A DNA stretch of 64,000 nucleotides. Source: Octopus vulgaris. Lineage: Eukaryota. The notes under the pieces are model-generated. The model had not been told where the DNA came from and made no database searches. It was given only the letters and a program-made list of their open reading frames with translations. Below, piece after piece: positions 1-12,007 of this stretch. Location: NCBI GenBank assembly GCA_951406725.2, contig OX597842.1, positions 13,454,001 to 13,518,000 on the forward strand, written 5' to 3'. A program made the translations under genes and the position numbers. Within the stretch, counting starts at the first letter, position 1, and every line of letters begins with the position of its first letter.

Positions 1-54
1 GCACAACAATCAAAGAGAACTGGACAAAGGTAAAATCTAAACTCATTTTTTGTC

Positions 55-57
55 AGT

Positions 58-103
<46 letters not shown>

Positions 104-193
104 GAGGAGGAGGAGGAGGAGGAGGAGGAAGAGAATGGGGGAGGATGAGGAGCAGAAGAAGAAGAGGAAGAGGAAGAGGAAGAGGAAAAAGAA

Positions 194-240
<47 letters not shown>

Positions 241-277
241 AGAAGAAGAATTGGAAGAAGAAGAAGAAGAAGAGGAA

Positions 278-312
<35 letters not shown>

Positions 313-416
313 AAAAGAAGAAGAAGAAGAAGAAGAAGAAGAAGAAGAAGAAGAAGAAGAAGAAGAAGAAGAAGAAGAAGAAGAAGAAGAAGAAGAAGAA
401 GAAGAAGAAGAAGAAG

Positions 417-448
<32 letters not shown>

Positions 449-575
449 GAAGGCAATCATGAATGAGCTGGAGGAGGAAGAGGAAATGAATGAGGGGAAG
501 GAGGAGGAGCAGGAGGAGGAAGAAGAAGAAGAAGAAGAAGAAGAAGAAGAAGAAGAAGAAGAAGAAGAAGAAACA
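55..575. repeat. Compound trinucleotide microsatellite (TAG)n-(GAG)n-(GAA)n-(CAA)n-(GAG/GAA)n
   Basis: Directly visible; produces the homopolymeric ORFs in the track. Confidence 0.97.
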
Positions 576-682
576 GTAGCATAGATTTATTAATCAATTT
601 AATTAGTGTAATTACACCTATATCTAATTACGTATTTGAAACACACTCTTAGTTGAGATTTATTTTCTTGATTTTCTCACAG

Positions 683-848
683 AATGCTGGACATTATAGA
701 AGCAATCCCGGAAGAGATTCCACTGGAAGAGCAGCAACTCTCAGCTTCATATTCTAATCTTGCTATTGGTGCCATCAAAGTGAAGAAGGACACGTTCGAT
801 GGGCTTACCTATGGTGTTTTGTATGGAAATAATGAAAACCAAGCAAAG
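683..848 (+). CDS. Adhesion GPCR internal exon (GAIN domain, N-terminal part)
   Basis: Acceptor ttttctcacAG at 682; MLDIIEAIPEEIPLEEQQLSASYSNLAIGAIKV...QAK. 3' end uncertain; best phase-0 donor is AAG|GCAATG at 849. Confidence 0.7.
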
Positions 849-947
849 GCAATGTTACAGTACTTTCTCATGGTTTCTCCCTTATTAACCGTTTGTTCTA
901 AATACCCAAATTGATAAAATACATTACAGTGAAATATAATATCTTTA

Positions 948-1193
948 GCAGGAGTGGCTGTGTGGTAAGTAGCTTGTTTACCAACCACATGGTTCCGGGT
1001 TCAGTCCCACTGCGTGGCACCTTGGGCAAGTGTCTTCTACTATAGCCTCGGGCCGACCAAAGCCTTGTGAGTGGATTTAGTAGACGGAAACTGAAAGAAG
1101 CCCGTCGTATATGTATATATATATATAACGGGGACATAAACACACCAGCATCGGTTGTCAAGTAATGCTAGGGGGACAAACACAGACACACAA

Positions 1194-1263
<70 letters not shown>

Positions 1264-1310
1264 AAGGCGGTGCTCCAGCATGGCCGCAGTCAAATGACTG
1301 AAACAAGTAC
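948..1310 (+). mobile_element. tRNA-derived SINE family A, rearranged (middle segment inverted)
   Basis: Head gcaggagtggctgtgtggtaag...ggttcagtccc (A/B-box-like), tail ggcggtgctccagcatggccgcagtcaaatgactgaaacaagt; many copies in window. Confidence 0.85.
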
Positions 1311-1432
1311 AAAAAAAAAAAAATATATATATATATATATAATATTAATTAGAGACAAAACCACTATTTTGCAAAACAAACAAGGAGAGACTTAATCAAT
1401 ACATAAAATTTTAATAAAAAGTAAAAAAACCG

Positions 1433-1475
1433 CCACTACAATTGTTTCATGTCCTGATCGACAATCTTCAGGTGG
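1433..1475 (-). ncRNA. Minimal type I hammerhead ribozyme motif
   Basis: Minus strand CCAC-CUGAAGA-U-UGUC-gaucag-GACA-U-GAAAC-AAUU-GUA-GUGG; palindromic ACAAUUGU in stem III. Confidence 0.8.
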
Positions 1476-2094
1476 ATTTCCAATCTAAAATATCAATATT
1501 TTAAAATATAAGTATAAAAAATAATAACTTTAAAATAATTAAAGTATCAATGAAAAAATATAAATATATAATCTATATATAACCTATATATAATCCATAT
1601 ATAATCAATATATAAACTAAAATAAACCTATCAACAATTAAATATAATACAAAATAAAAATAAACTATATATACACCCATACACATATAACTAATTATAT
1701 ATAACCATATCTAAATACATACACTAAATCACACACCTATATATATATCCCTATACATACACATGGCTATTTTATTTATTTATTTATCGTTGCCTAGACG
1801 TTTTTATGTGTATGTATAGGGATATATATATAGGTGTGTGATTTAGTGTATGTATTTAGATATGGTTATATATAATTAGTTATATGTGTATGGGTGTATA
1901 TATAGTTTATTTTTATTTTGTATTATATTTAATTGTTGATAGGTTTATTTTAGTTTATATATTGATTATATATGGATTATATATAGGTTATATATAGATT
2001 ATATATTTATATTTTTTCATTGATACTTTAATTATTTTAAAGTTATTATTTTTTATACTTATATTTTAAAATATTGATATTTTAGATTGGAAAT

Positions 2095-2137
2095 CCACCT
2101 GAAGATTGTCGATCAGGACATGAAACAATGGTAGTGG
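2095..2137 (+). ncRNA. Minimal type I hammerhead ribozyme motif
   Basis: CCAC-CUGAAGA-U-UGUC-gaucag-GACA-U-GAAAC-AAUG-GUA-GUGG; mirror copy of 1433-1475 with one loop change. Confidence 0.75.
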
Positions 2138-2370
2138 CGGTTTTTTTACTCTTTATTAAAATTTTATGTATTGATTAAGTCTTTCCTTGTTTGTTTTGCA
2201 AAATAGTGGTTTTGTCTCTAATTAATATTATATAATATTTTACTATAAAATTGGATTTAATCCTAAATCTGATTTTTTCCCTCTAAATTTGGATTTATTC
2301 CCTAATATTTATTATTATATATATATATATATATACACACACGCATATATATATATATATATATATATGC

Positions 2371-2404
<34 letters not shown>

Positions 2405-2409
<5 letters not shown>

Positions 2410-2622
2410 TGTGTGTGTTTGTGTGTCTGTGTTTGTCCCCCTAGCATTACTTGACAACCGATGCTGGTGTGTTTATGTCCCCGTTACTAAGCGGTTCGGC
2501 AAAAGAGAGCGATAGAATAAGTACTGGGCTTACAAAGAATAAGTCCCGGGGTCGATTTGATCGATTAAAGGCGGTGCTCCAGCATGGCCACAGTCAAATG
2601 ACTGAAACAAGTAAAAGAGTAA
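2405..2622 (+). mobile_element. SINE A 3' half
   Basis: gtgtttgtccccctagca...gactgaaacaagtaaaagagt matches other copies. Confidence 0.85.
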
Positions 2623-3076
2623 ATCCCAAAGACAGTCTCTGAAGGTTGTTGGACTTCACATTGCTTCTCTCATGGGCAATTATATGTAGGATGTTCGCGA
2701 GTTGGAAGTCCCCAAAATCTTTTCATTTATACACCAATTAAAAGACACACTCAAAACATCGTATATTTAGAAGCTCTTGATAATTAAACTCTGATTGATT
2801 TCCGGATTTGTTTCAATACATTTCTTTACACTCACGTCATCTGATAGAATTTTTGTTAAATGTACTTATGAACAGGAGGGGAGTGCCCGCAGTCCGATTC
2901 TTCTCAAATTTATGCATTTTCAGGTTCAACCTCTTTCAAATAAGTACTGACAATTAATTGAAGGGGGTTGCAAAGATAAATAACCACCTGGTTTTATTAA
3001 CAATTTTCACAGTGACATCATATGTAGTAGAGTATTTTATTTATCAATTTCATTTTATTTTATTTTCTTCCATCAG

Positions 3077-3190
3077 ACACAGAACTTCATTCAATTACCA
3101 AAGAGTTTATTGAAACACCTGAAAACCGAAGAACGGGCTGCCGTTTCGAGGATTTCGTTTTTCTCCCTGAAGGATGATAAGCTATATAGG
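3077..3190 (+). CDS. Adhesion GPCR exon (GAIN domain)
   Basis: ttcttccatcAG / AGG|gtatgg, 114 bp, phase 0-0: TQNFIQLPKSLLKHLKTEERAAVSRISFFSLKDDKLYR, typical GAIN I-x-LP...R-x-x-F pattern. Confidence 0.85.
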
Positions 3191-3539
3191 GTATGGAACC
3201 AAAATGGCAATTTATCTTTCTCCACCAGACTTAATGCTTGAATTCGTTGTTGATAGCAATACTAATAGAACACAGCTACAAATGCTATGTATATACACAT
3301 ATGTATATATGCATGTATGCATGTATGTGTGTGTGGATGTATATAATTTATAATGTATATAGAAACTTAAAACCCCATATGTAAAAAAATAATGTAAAAA
3401 ATAAAAGATTTTTACGAAAATCGACGATCATATATAAACTAATACACGTGGTCATTTGACGTAAAATATACCAGAACCGTAAAATTGCCAACTTTTCTAT
3501 TGAATAAATTAGTTTTAATATGATGTCATCTTTTTACAG

Positions 3540-3668
3540 GTAATACAAAACTCCAATACCAAAGCAAACACTAAAATCAACAGTCACATTATTGCCGCAA
3601 CGATTCCAAACATTCAAATAACCAACCTCGTGGACCCGGTTAAAATCTCATTCGAACTAATAGATCAG
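3540..3668 (+). CDS. Adhesion GPCR exon (GAIN domain)
   Basis: tttttacAG / CAG|gtaata, 129 bp, phase 0-0: ...KINSHIIAATIPNIQITNLVDPVKISFELIDQ, classic NS-x-II...NL-x-x-PV-x-I-x-F motif. Confidence 0.9.
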
Positions 3669-3756
3669 GTAATAACTATATCTATCATAATAACTGTTGT
3701 TGCTGTTGTTAATATTTCATTTCAAATCCACATCTCACTCTTCTCGAAAGAAACAC

Positions 3757-3757
3757 T

Positions 3758-3836
<79 letters not shown>
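3757..3836. repeat. (TAG)n microsatellite
   Basis: Directly visible. Confidence 0.95.
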
Positions 3837-4219
3837 CTGTTACCGTGTTGAGAGTTATAACTTTATGTTTATAATGTAAACGTTGTGTGATGATGGAGGC
3901 ATTCTTTTTTCATTCCAAGCTTTAAGTTGTTTGTCTTGTATTTTCCTATCCACAACATAATGCTTTAATATCTTTCCGTATTGGCTTCATTCATTATGGC
4001 CGTGTAATTTAAGTGTGAATTACTTCGGGCTTTCATGTGGTGACCGTTGTTGCTCTTTATTTTCATGTTCTACCTGACCCAGTAAATCTATGAAACACAT
4101 CCCAAACATGAATATCTTATCAACTTGTATATCGTTAATTGTTTCTAGAACTACACCATCTAATGTCTTCTTCTTCCACTTTTATGGTGAATGCTGTATA
4201 TTATGAGAATATACATAGA

Positions 4220-4536
4220 CTAGCAGTATCGTCCGGCGTTGCTAGGGTTTGTAAGGGAAATAACTATATAAGCATTTTTAGAGAGTTACTTCCCTTATAT
4301 AACCCGAGCAAAAATCATTAAAAATGCGGAAAAATGATGGTAATTTTTTTTTTAATCGTAGAGTCATCGTAGATTCATCGTAGACGCGCGCTAATGCCCA
4401 GAAGGGCTCGATATGAATAACGACTATAAGATACCCGCTTTTGGTTAAACTGCACCGCAAAATGTGGGAGTAGTTAGGAATCTAAATCGGAGGAGACAGA
4501 GTCTCACACACACAACTTCAATTTTATATATAAAGA
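4220..4536 (-). mobile_element. Non-autonomous Helitron
   Basis: Minus strand A|TCTTTATATATAAA...CCCTAGCAACGCCGGACGATACTGCTAG|T: 5' TC, 3' hairpin plus CTAG, A|T target, no TSD. Confidence 0.8.
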
Positions 4537-4826
4537 TGTATAAATGAGGTAAAATGGTCAGAGAATTGCGGCTACTTTGTTGCCAGGCGGCAGGACAGCT
4601 CACTCCACTTTCAAGCTCCCGCTTGACTTAGCGAAGACTGAGACACCAACTTTTCATGAGGTAAAATGCCACATCCAATGATGTTGGATTCCCAATGCCA
4701 AAAGCAATCAAAACGGTGTTTGCTATGTTTTCACGTTTTGATAACGTAATTAACAAAGACGCATTACATGTATTTTAATTATAAGCTAATTTGATTAAAT
4801 TATCAGAATGTTTTTTTTTTTTTCAG

Positions 4827-4973
4827 AATGCCAACAACCCACAGTGTGTTTTTTGGGATGAATCTCCTGGACAGAATCCCAAATGGTCAACCAAAGGCTG
4901 TAATATAGCCAAGTATGATCCTGGAAAGCAAGTACTTTGTTCCTGTGACCACCTGACAAGTTTTGCCCTTTTG
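4827..4973 (+). CDS. Adhesion GPCR exon with GPS autoproteolysis motif
   Basis: poly-T cAG / TTG|gttagt, 147 bp: NANNPQCVFWD...WSTKGC...CSCDHL|TSFALL; intact H-L-T cleavage triad and start of Stachel. Confidence 0.95.
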
Positions 4974-5419
4974 GTTAGTAAAATTATGACAACTTCTTAA
5001 TTACCTGTAATTAGGCTGCTTGTGTCTATGCATTAATAATTTCAACACCTGCTTGATTTTGTATTGGTGGACATGTCGGTAAATGTGTGGGTCGTAGTTG
5101 TAGTTGTTATGGCTGTTGTTTATGAGTTTAAACTTAGGACGATGTCATCAACAAAATAGAGGAGAATTCTTTCAGCATTGATGTGAAAGGAATCGAGAGA
5201 GATGGTCACCTGTCCTGACTGTAAAAATCTGTTATGTTGAAACCACCTGAATGGTCGTCTAGTTGATAGAGATGTATTTAAGATATGATGACCCTCCGTA
5301 GCTCATTAAACATGTTGGCAGCTTAGATATTAAACCCTTGGTCTTTCCTGATTCTCTTATATGGACTCTCCTTATTTTTATGAGGTTTCTTCTACTGATG
5401 CTTTTTTACATATAAATAC

Positions 5420-6100
5420 TAATGAAATTATTGTATACAGTGCTCTGGTGCACCACAACTTGTCAAAAGTGCGTATAAAGCATATGCAGTAATGTACAAA
5501 TGTCTGGAAAGCGAACAGTGTATGAGTCAGATACATGCTTGTGTGTGTATGGGGGGGGGGGGAGAAAGTCAGGTGTAGTGTTGGCGAATCTCAGAAAGCA
5601 TGGAAGTTTTGAAGGATGCAGTGCTCCAACAACTAACAACTGATGCCGGCAGTTTGTTCCATGCTTCAGCGTGTGTATGGAGGGGGAGAAAGTCAGGTGT
5701 AGTGTTGGCGAATCTCAGAAAGCATGGAAGTTTTGAAGGATGCAGTGCTCCAACAACTAACAACTGATGCCGGCAGTTTGTTCCATGCTTCAGCGTGTGT
5801 ATGGAGGGGGAGAAAGTCAGGTGTAGTGTTGGCGAATCTCAGAAAGCATGGAAGTTTTGAAGGATGCAGTGCTCCGACAACTAACAACTGATGCCGGCAG
5901 TTTGTTCCATGCTTCAGCGTGTGTATGGAGGGGAGAAAGTCAGGTGTAGTGTTGGCGAATTTCAGAAAGCATGGAAGTTTTGAAGGATGCAGTGCTCCGA
6001 CAACTAACAACTGATGCCGGCAGTTTGTTCCATGCTTCAGCAACTATCAGCGTGAAAAAATGTTTCCTAAAGTCATGGGAGCTGTGCTGTTTTCTGACTA
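5420..6100 (-). mobile_element. CR1/L2-type LINE 3' fragment with its ORF2 end repeated 4x (~124 bp, 5545-6045)
   Basis: Minus-strand FRKHFFTLIVAEAWNKLPASVVSCRSTASFKTSML matches the CR1 C-terminal WN-x-LP...FK motif. Confidence 0.75.
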
Positions 6101-7129
6101 AAAATATCTCAGGATCTTATTAATTCCGGTGCCCTAAAGATTCAGCCAGGTCCCTAGAAGGTCCCTTGTGTATTTATATCCATAATACACATATATCCAC
6201 ATATATCCACCACTTGTTACTTATATAACACTTCTGCCGCCCACAAAATAACATATGCACCTATCTATGGCACATATTTTAGCCTACATGATTTTTGAAT
6301 TAATTCAAATTGCTAGTTCACTCCATACCAGTTTCCTATATCACCCGACGCCACAAGGACCGAGATTAAATCGTCAGGTCACTGATATTGCGTCTATCTT
6401 TGTCAGTTTTTATCAGAAACATTACAGAATCAATTCACTTGTTGTCTTTATTAATGTTTTCATTTCTCTAATTCTTCGTTACGAAAATAATTTCAATTTC
6501 CCATTTCTTCCTCTATCTAAATATTCATTTTTCACATATTCCGTGTAATATTTTGACCCAAAATGAGACGAACAACCTATCGAAAATGCTGTCATATCTA
6601 TTTTGTCATCATTCATAATCTATAGTATCCATGGCCAAAACATATTTGAAGCGGACACGTCCTCTTACTTGTTAAAGGATGCTGCTTATGTAAAGGAAAC
6701 TGAATCATGCAGCATCAAGGTCTGCTGGTGGAATATTGATCTTAATCTACTTTGTGTTAAAGGAATGAGAAAGAAATAACACCGGTCTATCTCAGGTGAG
6801 ATATGGTTTAAGTGAAGCAACCTCAGTTAGCTGGACTGATAAAATATACGAAGCCATCTTAATTGCATTTGAACTAAAATCTATGAGTTGGTGGTACATC
6901 TCATACTTCTAGTTACACATCCCATATATACATAATGAATTCGGTGAAACTGTCTCTCATCCAACATGCAGTGGAAGACGGCCCATTATTAATATTGTCA
7001 TTAATGCAGCTTACACATACGCAACATTCTACATCAACACTTTATACACTCATAATTTATATAATTATTGACCGACATAGGAAGGAATGGGAAAAGGAGT
7101 TAATACGTTGTTATTTGTTTCTGTTGCAG

Positions 7130-7232
7130 ACATCGGGGAAAACTAGTCACCTCTTATCAATGGCATCTTACATTGGCTGCGGAATATCATTAGCCTGTCT
7201 CATTCTTATATAATATTTTATATTTGTTCCAA
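7130..7232 (+). pseudogene. Adhesion GPCR TM1 exon with apparent 1-bp deletion (premature TAA at 7211-7213)
   Basis: ctgttgcAG acceptor; TSGKTSHLLSMASYIGCGISLACLILI*; the shifted frame continues IIFYICSK to an AA|gtaag donor at 7233. Confidence 0.75.
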
Positions 7233-7391
7233 GTAAGAATTTCATTTTCTATTTTCTTCCATAAATTTTTTTAAGTACAGAGATGCAACAGCCATCATTT
7301 AGTGGGGTTCTCACAGATTGGTAAGATCGATGTGGTTGCTGTGTGCAGGAAAGGCCATTGATGTGGAAACACACTTACCTAAATACTCACG

Positions 7392-7764
7392 TACATACAT
7401 AAGTATATACGTACATACTTATATACATGCATACATACATACATGCGTATAGGCACGCACACATGCATACGCATGTACACATATGCATACGCACATATAT
7501 GTACATACACAAACATACATACAAACACACATACATACATACATACATACACACATACATACATATATACATACATATATACATACATACATATACATAC
7601 ATACATATACATACATACATACATACACACATGCATATATACATACATATATACATATATACATACACACATACATACATACATACATACATACATACAT
7701 ACATACATACATACATACATACATACATACATACATACATACATACATACATACATACATACAT
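7392..7764. repeat. (TACA)n degenerate microsatellite at LINE 3' side
   Basis: Directly visible; purest next to the LINE. Confidence 0.95.
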
Positions 7765-10700
7765 GATGGCCGTCCACTCGTGACCGAGGAAGACCATTGC
7801 CGACCTTCAGGAACATTGTGCACTCTAGGACTAACTTATATTTTGCATTTGCGGCTCCGTTGGTGGCTTATGAGCCCTGCTCTTGACAAGCACACACGAC
7901 TGCAAACATTGCAGACCAAGCTTTCCCCATTCACTATACGAGACGTGCGCTTTCGCACAGCACGCCTAAGTTCTTCATGCTGGATACGTACTCTCTCAAA
8001 AGTGTCGATCCCCTCCTTAACCTGCTCCCTCCATCTGTGGCGATGACAGGCATTGTTCTCCCAGTCAGTGTCCTGCATATCAAAGGCCTTTAACGAGGAC
8101 TTAACACAGTCCTTAAATCGCAGCCTTGGTTTCTGCCGGAGTCTCCATTCATTCACAAGTTCTCCATAGAGCATCTGCTTAGGAATCCTTCTATCCTCCA
8201 TTCTAATAAGGTGTCCAGTCCAATGCAACCGGTGCTTGTGTACCATCGCCTCAATACTCAAGATATCAGCTGTCCTCAGGATCTGTGTGTCTGGAATTTT
8301 TGAGGTCCAGCCAACATTGAGAATGTGTCTGAGACATCTCTGATGAAAACGTTCAAGGACCCTTACCTGACGTTTGTACAGAGTCCATGTCTCACATGAG
8401 TAGATAAGCACTGTCAGTACACAAGCACGGTACACAGCATATTTTGTTCTCCTTGAGATGCCATGTTGGTACCAGACACGAGACTGAAGAGACCGGAAGG
8501 AATTTGTTGCTCTCTGCAACCTGAAAGATATTTCCTCATCCAGGGAGCAAGAACGGCTGAGTGTGCTGCCCAGGTAGACACACTTGTCTACTACCTTCAG
8601 AATTGTTCCTTCAACCAAGATAGCTGGTTCTATATATGGATTTCCTGGTGCAGGCTGGAACATTACAACAGTCTTGTCCAGGCTAATGCTGAGTCCAAAT
8701 GCCCTGCAAGAAGCAGAAATGCAATTCATGAGTATTTACATGTCATCCACTGTATGAGTGACTAAGTCACAGTCATCTGCATAAAGGAGGTCACGAATAA
8801 TAGACTGGGAAACCTTTGAATTGGCAGCAAATCGGCGAAGATTAAAGAGGCGGCCAGAAGATCGATATCTGACATATATTCCCAGAGAGCTAACCTTAGC
8901 AAAAGCATGAGTAAAAGTAGCAGCAAAGTACAAAGAAAAGAGAGTTGGGGCAACGATGTCACCCTGCTTAACACCATTCTCTACAGGAATGGGTTCCGCC
9001 ATGGCACCACCAACATTGAACCAAGCCTCCAGCCCATCATGAAATGATTTAATTATAGATACAAAGTGATCCGGACATCCAAGTTTGCCAAGTATTTTCC
9101 ATAGAAAGGCCCTATTTACAGTATCAAAGGCCTTAGTTAAATCAATGAATACCTGGACAAGATCCATATTCTGCTCATAGCACTTCTCCTGCATCTGTCT
9201 TGCTGTGAAAATCATATCCATTGTCCCTCTACCAGATCGGAAGCCACATTGAGATTCAGATAGGACATCATTTACGAGACACCCATTCAGACGGGTAAGA
9301 AGAATATTTGCCAGAACCTTGCCAGCAGCTGATAGTAGAGCAATACCTCTGTAGTTACCACACATTGTTCTGGCTCCTTTTCCTTTATATAGAGGAAGAA
9401 TAATTGCATCCTTCCAGTCCTTAGGTATTGCACCATCCCTCCAGACTGCACTAATAAGTTCATGAAGGGAATGTGATGCAATTACTACCAAATCGCAAGA
9501 CCTCAGCACAAATTCCATCCTTTCCAGGTGCCCTACCAAGATTCAATTTACTTATTGATGTCATTACTTCATGTATTGATGGCGATGAGTCTAAGGAGTC
9601 AATGATAGGTCTTTGTTTCATAGTTTCAATCACTGTTTCATCCACAACTGACTCATGGTTTAGGAGTTCAGAGAAGTGTTCGATCCAGCGACCTGTGATT
9701 TCTGTTGATTTAGTAAACAGAGTGAAAGACTCCTTGGAAAGCAAAGGAGCTGATGTGGAGCTCTTAGGTCCATAAGCTCGCTTCATAAGATGGTAAAGCT
9801 TCTTGCTGTCATTTGCATCAGCAGCAGCCTGAACATCACGAGCAAGATCCTCCCACCAAGTGTTCTGCATCTTCCTGAGAGATCGCTGCAGTAGTGATTT
9901 TACACTGTTATAGTGGGCAAGTGCTAGACTTCGTTGCACAGTAGACAGTTCTCTGTACAGCAACACACTGTGGGCATGGCGCTTCACCACTAATAGTCGT
10001 TGAATTTCAGCATCATTCTCATCAAACCAGACTCTGTGTCTGGCAGTAACATACCCCAGTGTTTCGGCTGCACATTGAACAACCTGGTCTCGAAAATCTT
10101 CCCATCCTGCAACAGTTTCAATGCTGGACAAGCGAGTCTTAAGCTCTTTCCTAACCACAACGTCATATACCTTGTGGACATTTAGACGGCGAGGAATGCT
10201 GACTGGTCCTATTCTCTCTTTCGCCCTAATCACCATTCGGAACTTTGCTCGCACCAGACTGTGGTCCGTCCAGCATTCTGATCCATGCAAGGACTTGACA
10301 TTACAAATGTCATAAATGTCGCGCTTGCGGATGATGACGTAATCCAGCAAGTGCCAAACTTTTGACCTTGGATGCATCCATGTTGTTGTGTGATCACCTT
10401 TGTGCACAAAATGAGTACTTGCAATGTAAAGTCCGTGTTCTTCGCAAAGCTCCAGTAGCATGAGACCATTGCTATTCATTTTTCCTACACCAAAATGTCC
10501 TAGAGAGTTCCATGTTTGCCAGTCTGTTCCTACTCTGGCATTAAAATCCCCCAGTAGAATGATTTTATCAGAATTGGGGATTTTTCTAAGTATGGCTCTC
10601 AGCTGGCTATAAAAGATTATTTTATCTTCATCACAGCTAGTCAAAGTAGGTGCATAGGCACTTATTAGAGTAGCAAACCGCTTACCTTTCAAGTGCAACC

Positions 10701-11956
10701 GTAGGGTCATTATACGTTCATTTATAGGAACAGGGAGCTCTTCCAACTTCTTCAGGATATCAGATCGGACTGCAAAACCAACACCAGCCTCTCTGCGCTC
10801 TTCCTTCTGCCTTCCTTTCCAAAAAAATGTGTATCCGCCTCCTACTTCCTCAAGCTGACCATCACCTTCTATACGAGTCTCTGAGAGTGCAGCTATATCA
10901 ATTTTATAACGGTTCAGCTCACGAGAAACAAGTGCAGTGCGTCTTTCAGGCCTGCAATCATTCTTGTTGTCCAACAGAGTACGCACATTCCAACATGAAA
11001 TGTTTAAGTTCCGTCCAGATTTTATAGATAAAAGACTCTTTGTTTTTCGAGCGCAGAGTTGACATCCGTCAGTCGCGCTAAACTGACCAGATATGGAAAG
11101 ACAGGCAATTTTTGGTTCACCTTTTCTAGAACCTCCCCGGTCTCCGGGGGGTGAGCAGTGCCATCTCCAAATGGAGCTGCTCAGACACCCATGCAGCAAC
11201 CGAATCCTACCGCTGTCTTGGGCGAAAAAGAGACGACTTTATATCTAGCATGGGCCGCCTACGTGCAGGTCGCTGACTACATGCTTCCAACCCGTCAGGT
11301 CTGCATGCTTCACCACCTTCCCATCGCCGCAGGACTTCCGAATAAAAAAAAAAATATATATATATATATACTAAAAATGAAGAAAATATATACTAAAAAA
11401 GGATAGATATATATAGGAAAAAAAAAGGTCGGCAATGCCTGTGCAGAGTTTTAGGTCCAATAAGGCTTGCACAACACCTCATAGACCCTCTCCACTCTAT
11501 TGACATTATCCAGAGACAAGCCGGAGCAAGATGTCTGGTGCCAATATGAGTCGCAGGCTCAGGGATGTGGGAGCGCCGTGATCTCTAGCACAAACCAAAG
11601 ATCCCCAAAATGTTCAATGCCATTCTCTGCATATCTGGTTTTATATCAGAGTGACCTTCTCCTTGAGACGTGCTTTAACAAAAGCTGAGGGGCGCCTCAC
11701 TCCCAGTGGTCTTTCGGCACGCCGGACACCACCCCGGAATTTCTACGTACCCGTGCTAACATTTATTGGAAGGCCGTTGGCTCTCAAGAGGTCCTCCGCC
11801 CTTTGACGGGTTTTGTTTTTCATCCCGCAGGGTGTCCAATAAACACCCTCCTCACCATGCAAGCTTGGTGGGGTTGCCGGTTTGGTCGCCGACGACCCGA
11901 CCATGCAACAGGTTGTACTGGGTTACATGTTACCAGTAGCACTCGAAGGTGACCTG
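7762..11956 (-). mobile_element. Near full-length RTE-clade (BovB-like) LINE
   Basis: APE endonuclease, RT and C-terminal zinc finger in one disrupted ORF; ~800 bp GC-rich 5' UTR, short 3' UTR, microsatellite tail. Confidence 0.93.
7836..11060 (-). pseudogene. RTE endonuclease-reverse transcriptase ORF with one frameshift (~9472) and one in-frame stop (8736-8738)
   Basis: WNVRTL, IDIAALSETR, LGDFNARVG, LLDYV, WTDH (APE); ESQCGFR, FIDLTKAFD, GVKQG, LLYADD (RT); CNVC..HQRS finger. Start codon uncertain. Confidence 0.92.
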
Positions 11957-11975
11957 ACATACATACATATATACA

Positions 11976-12007
<32 letters not shown>

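Larger units (their letters stand above)
1337..2318. mobile_element. Penelope-like inverted pseudo-LTR relic (~430 bp inverted arms)
   Basis: 1337-1764 is the near-perfect reverse complement of 1807-2233; each arm holds a minimal hammerhead; right arm extends further; inserted in (TA)n. Confidence 0.75.

Noticed and set aside
43-584. Poly-S/F/K/R/E ORFs
   Set aside because: Translations of trinucleotide microsatellites.
948-1030. tRNA gene
   Set aside because: tRNA-derived SINE head; no complete cloverleaf, continues into SINE body.
2924-2943. Possible GPCR micro-exon
   Set aside because: Would end in phase 2, incompatible with the phase-0 exon at 3077.
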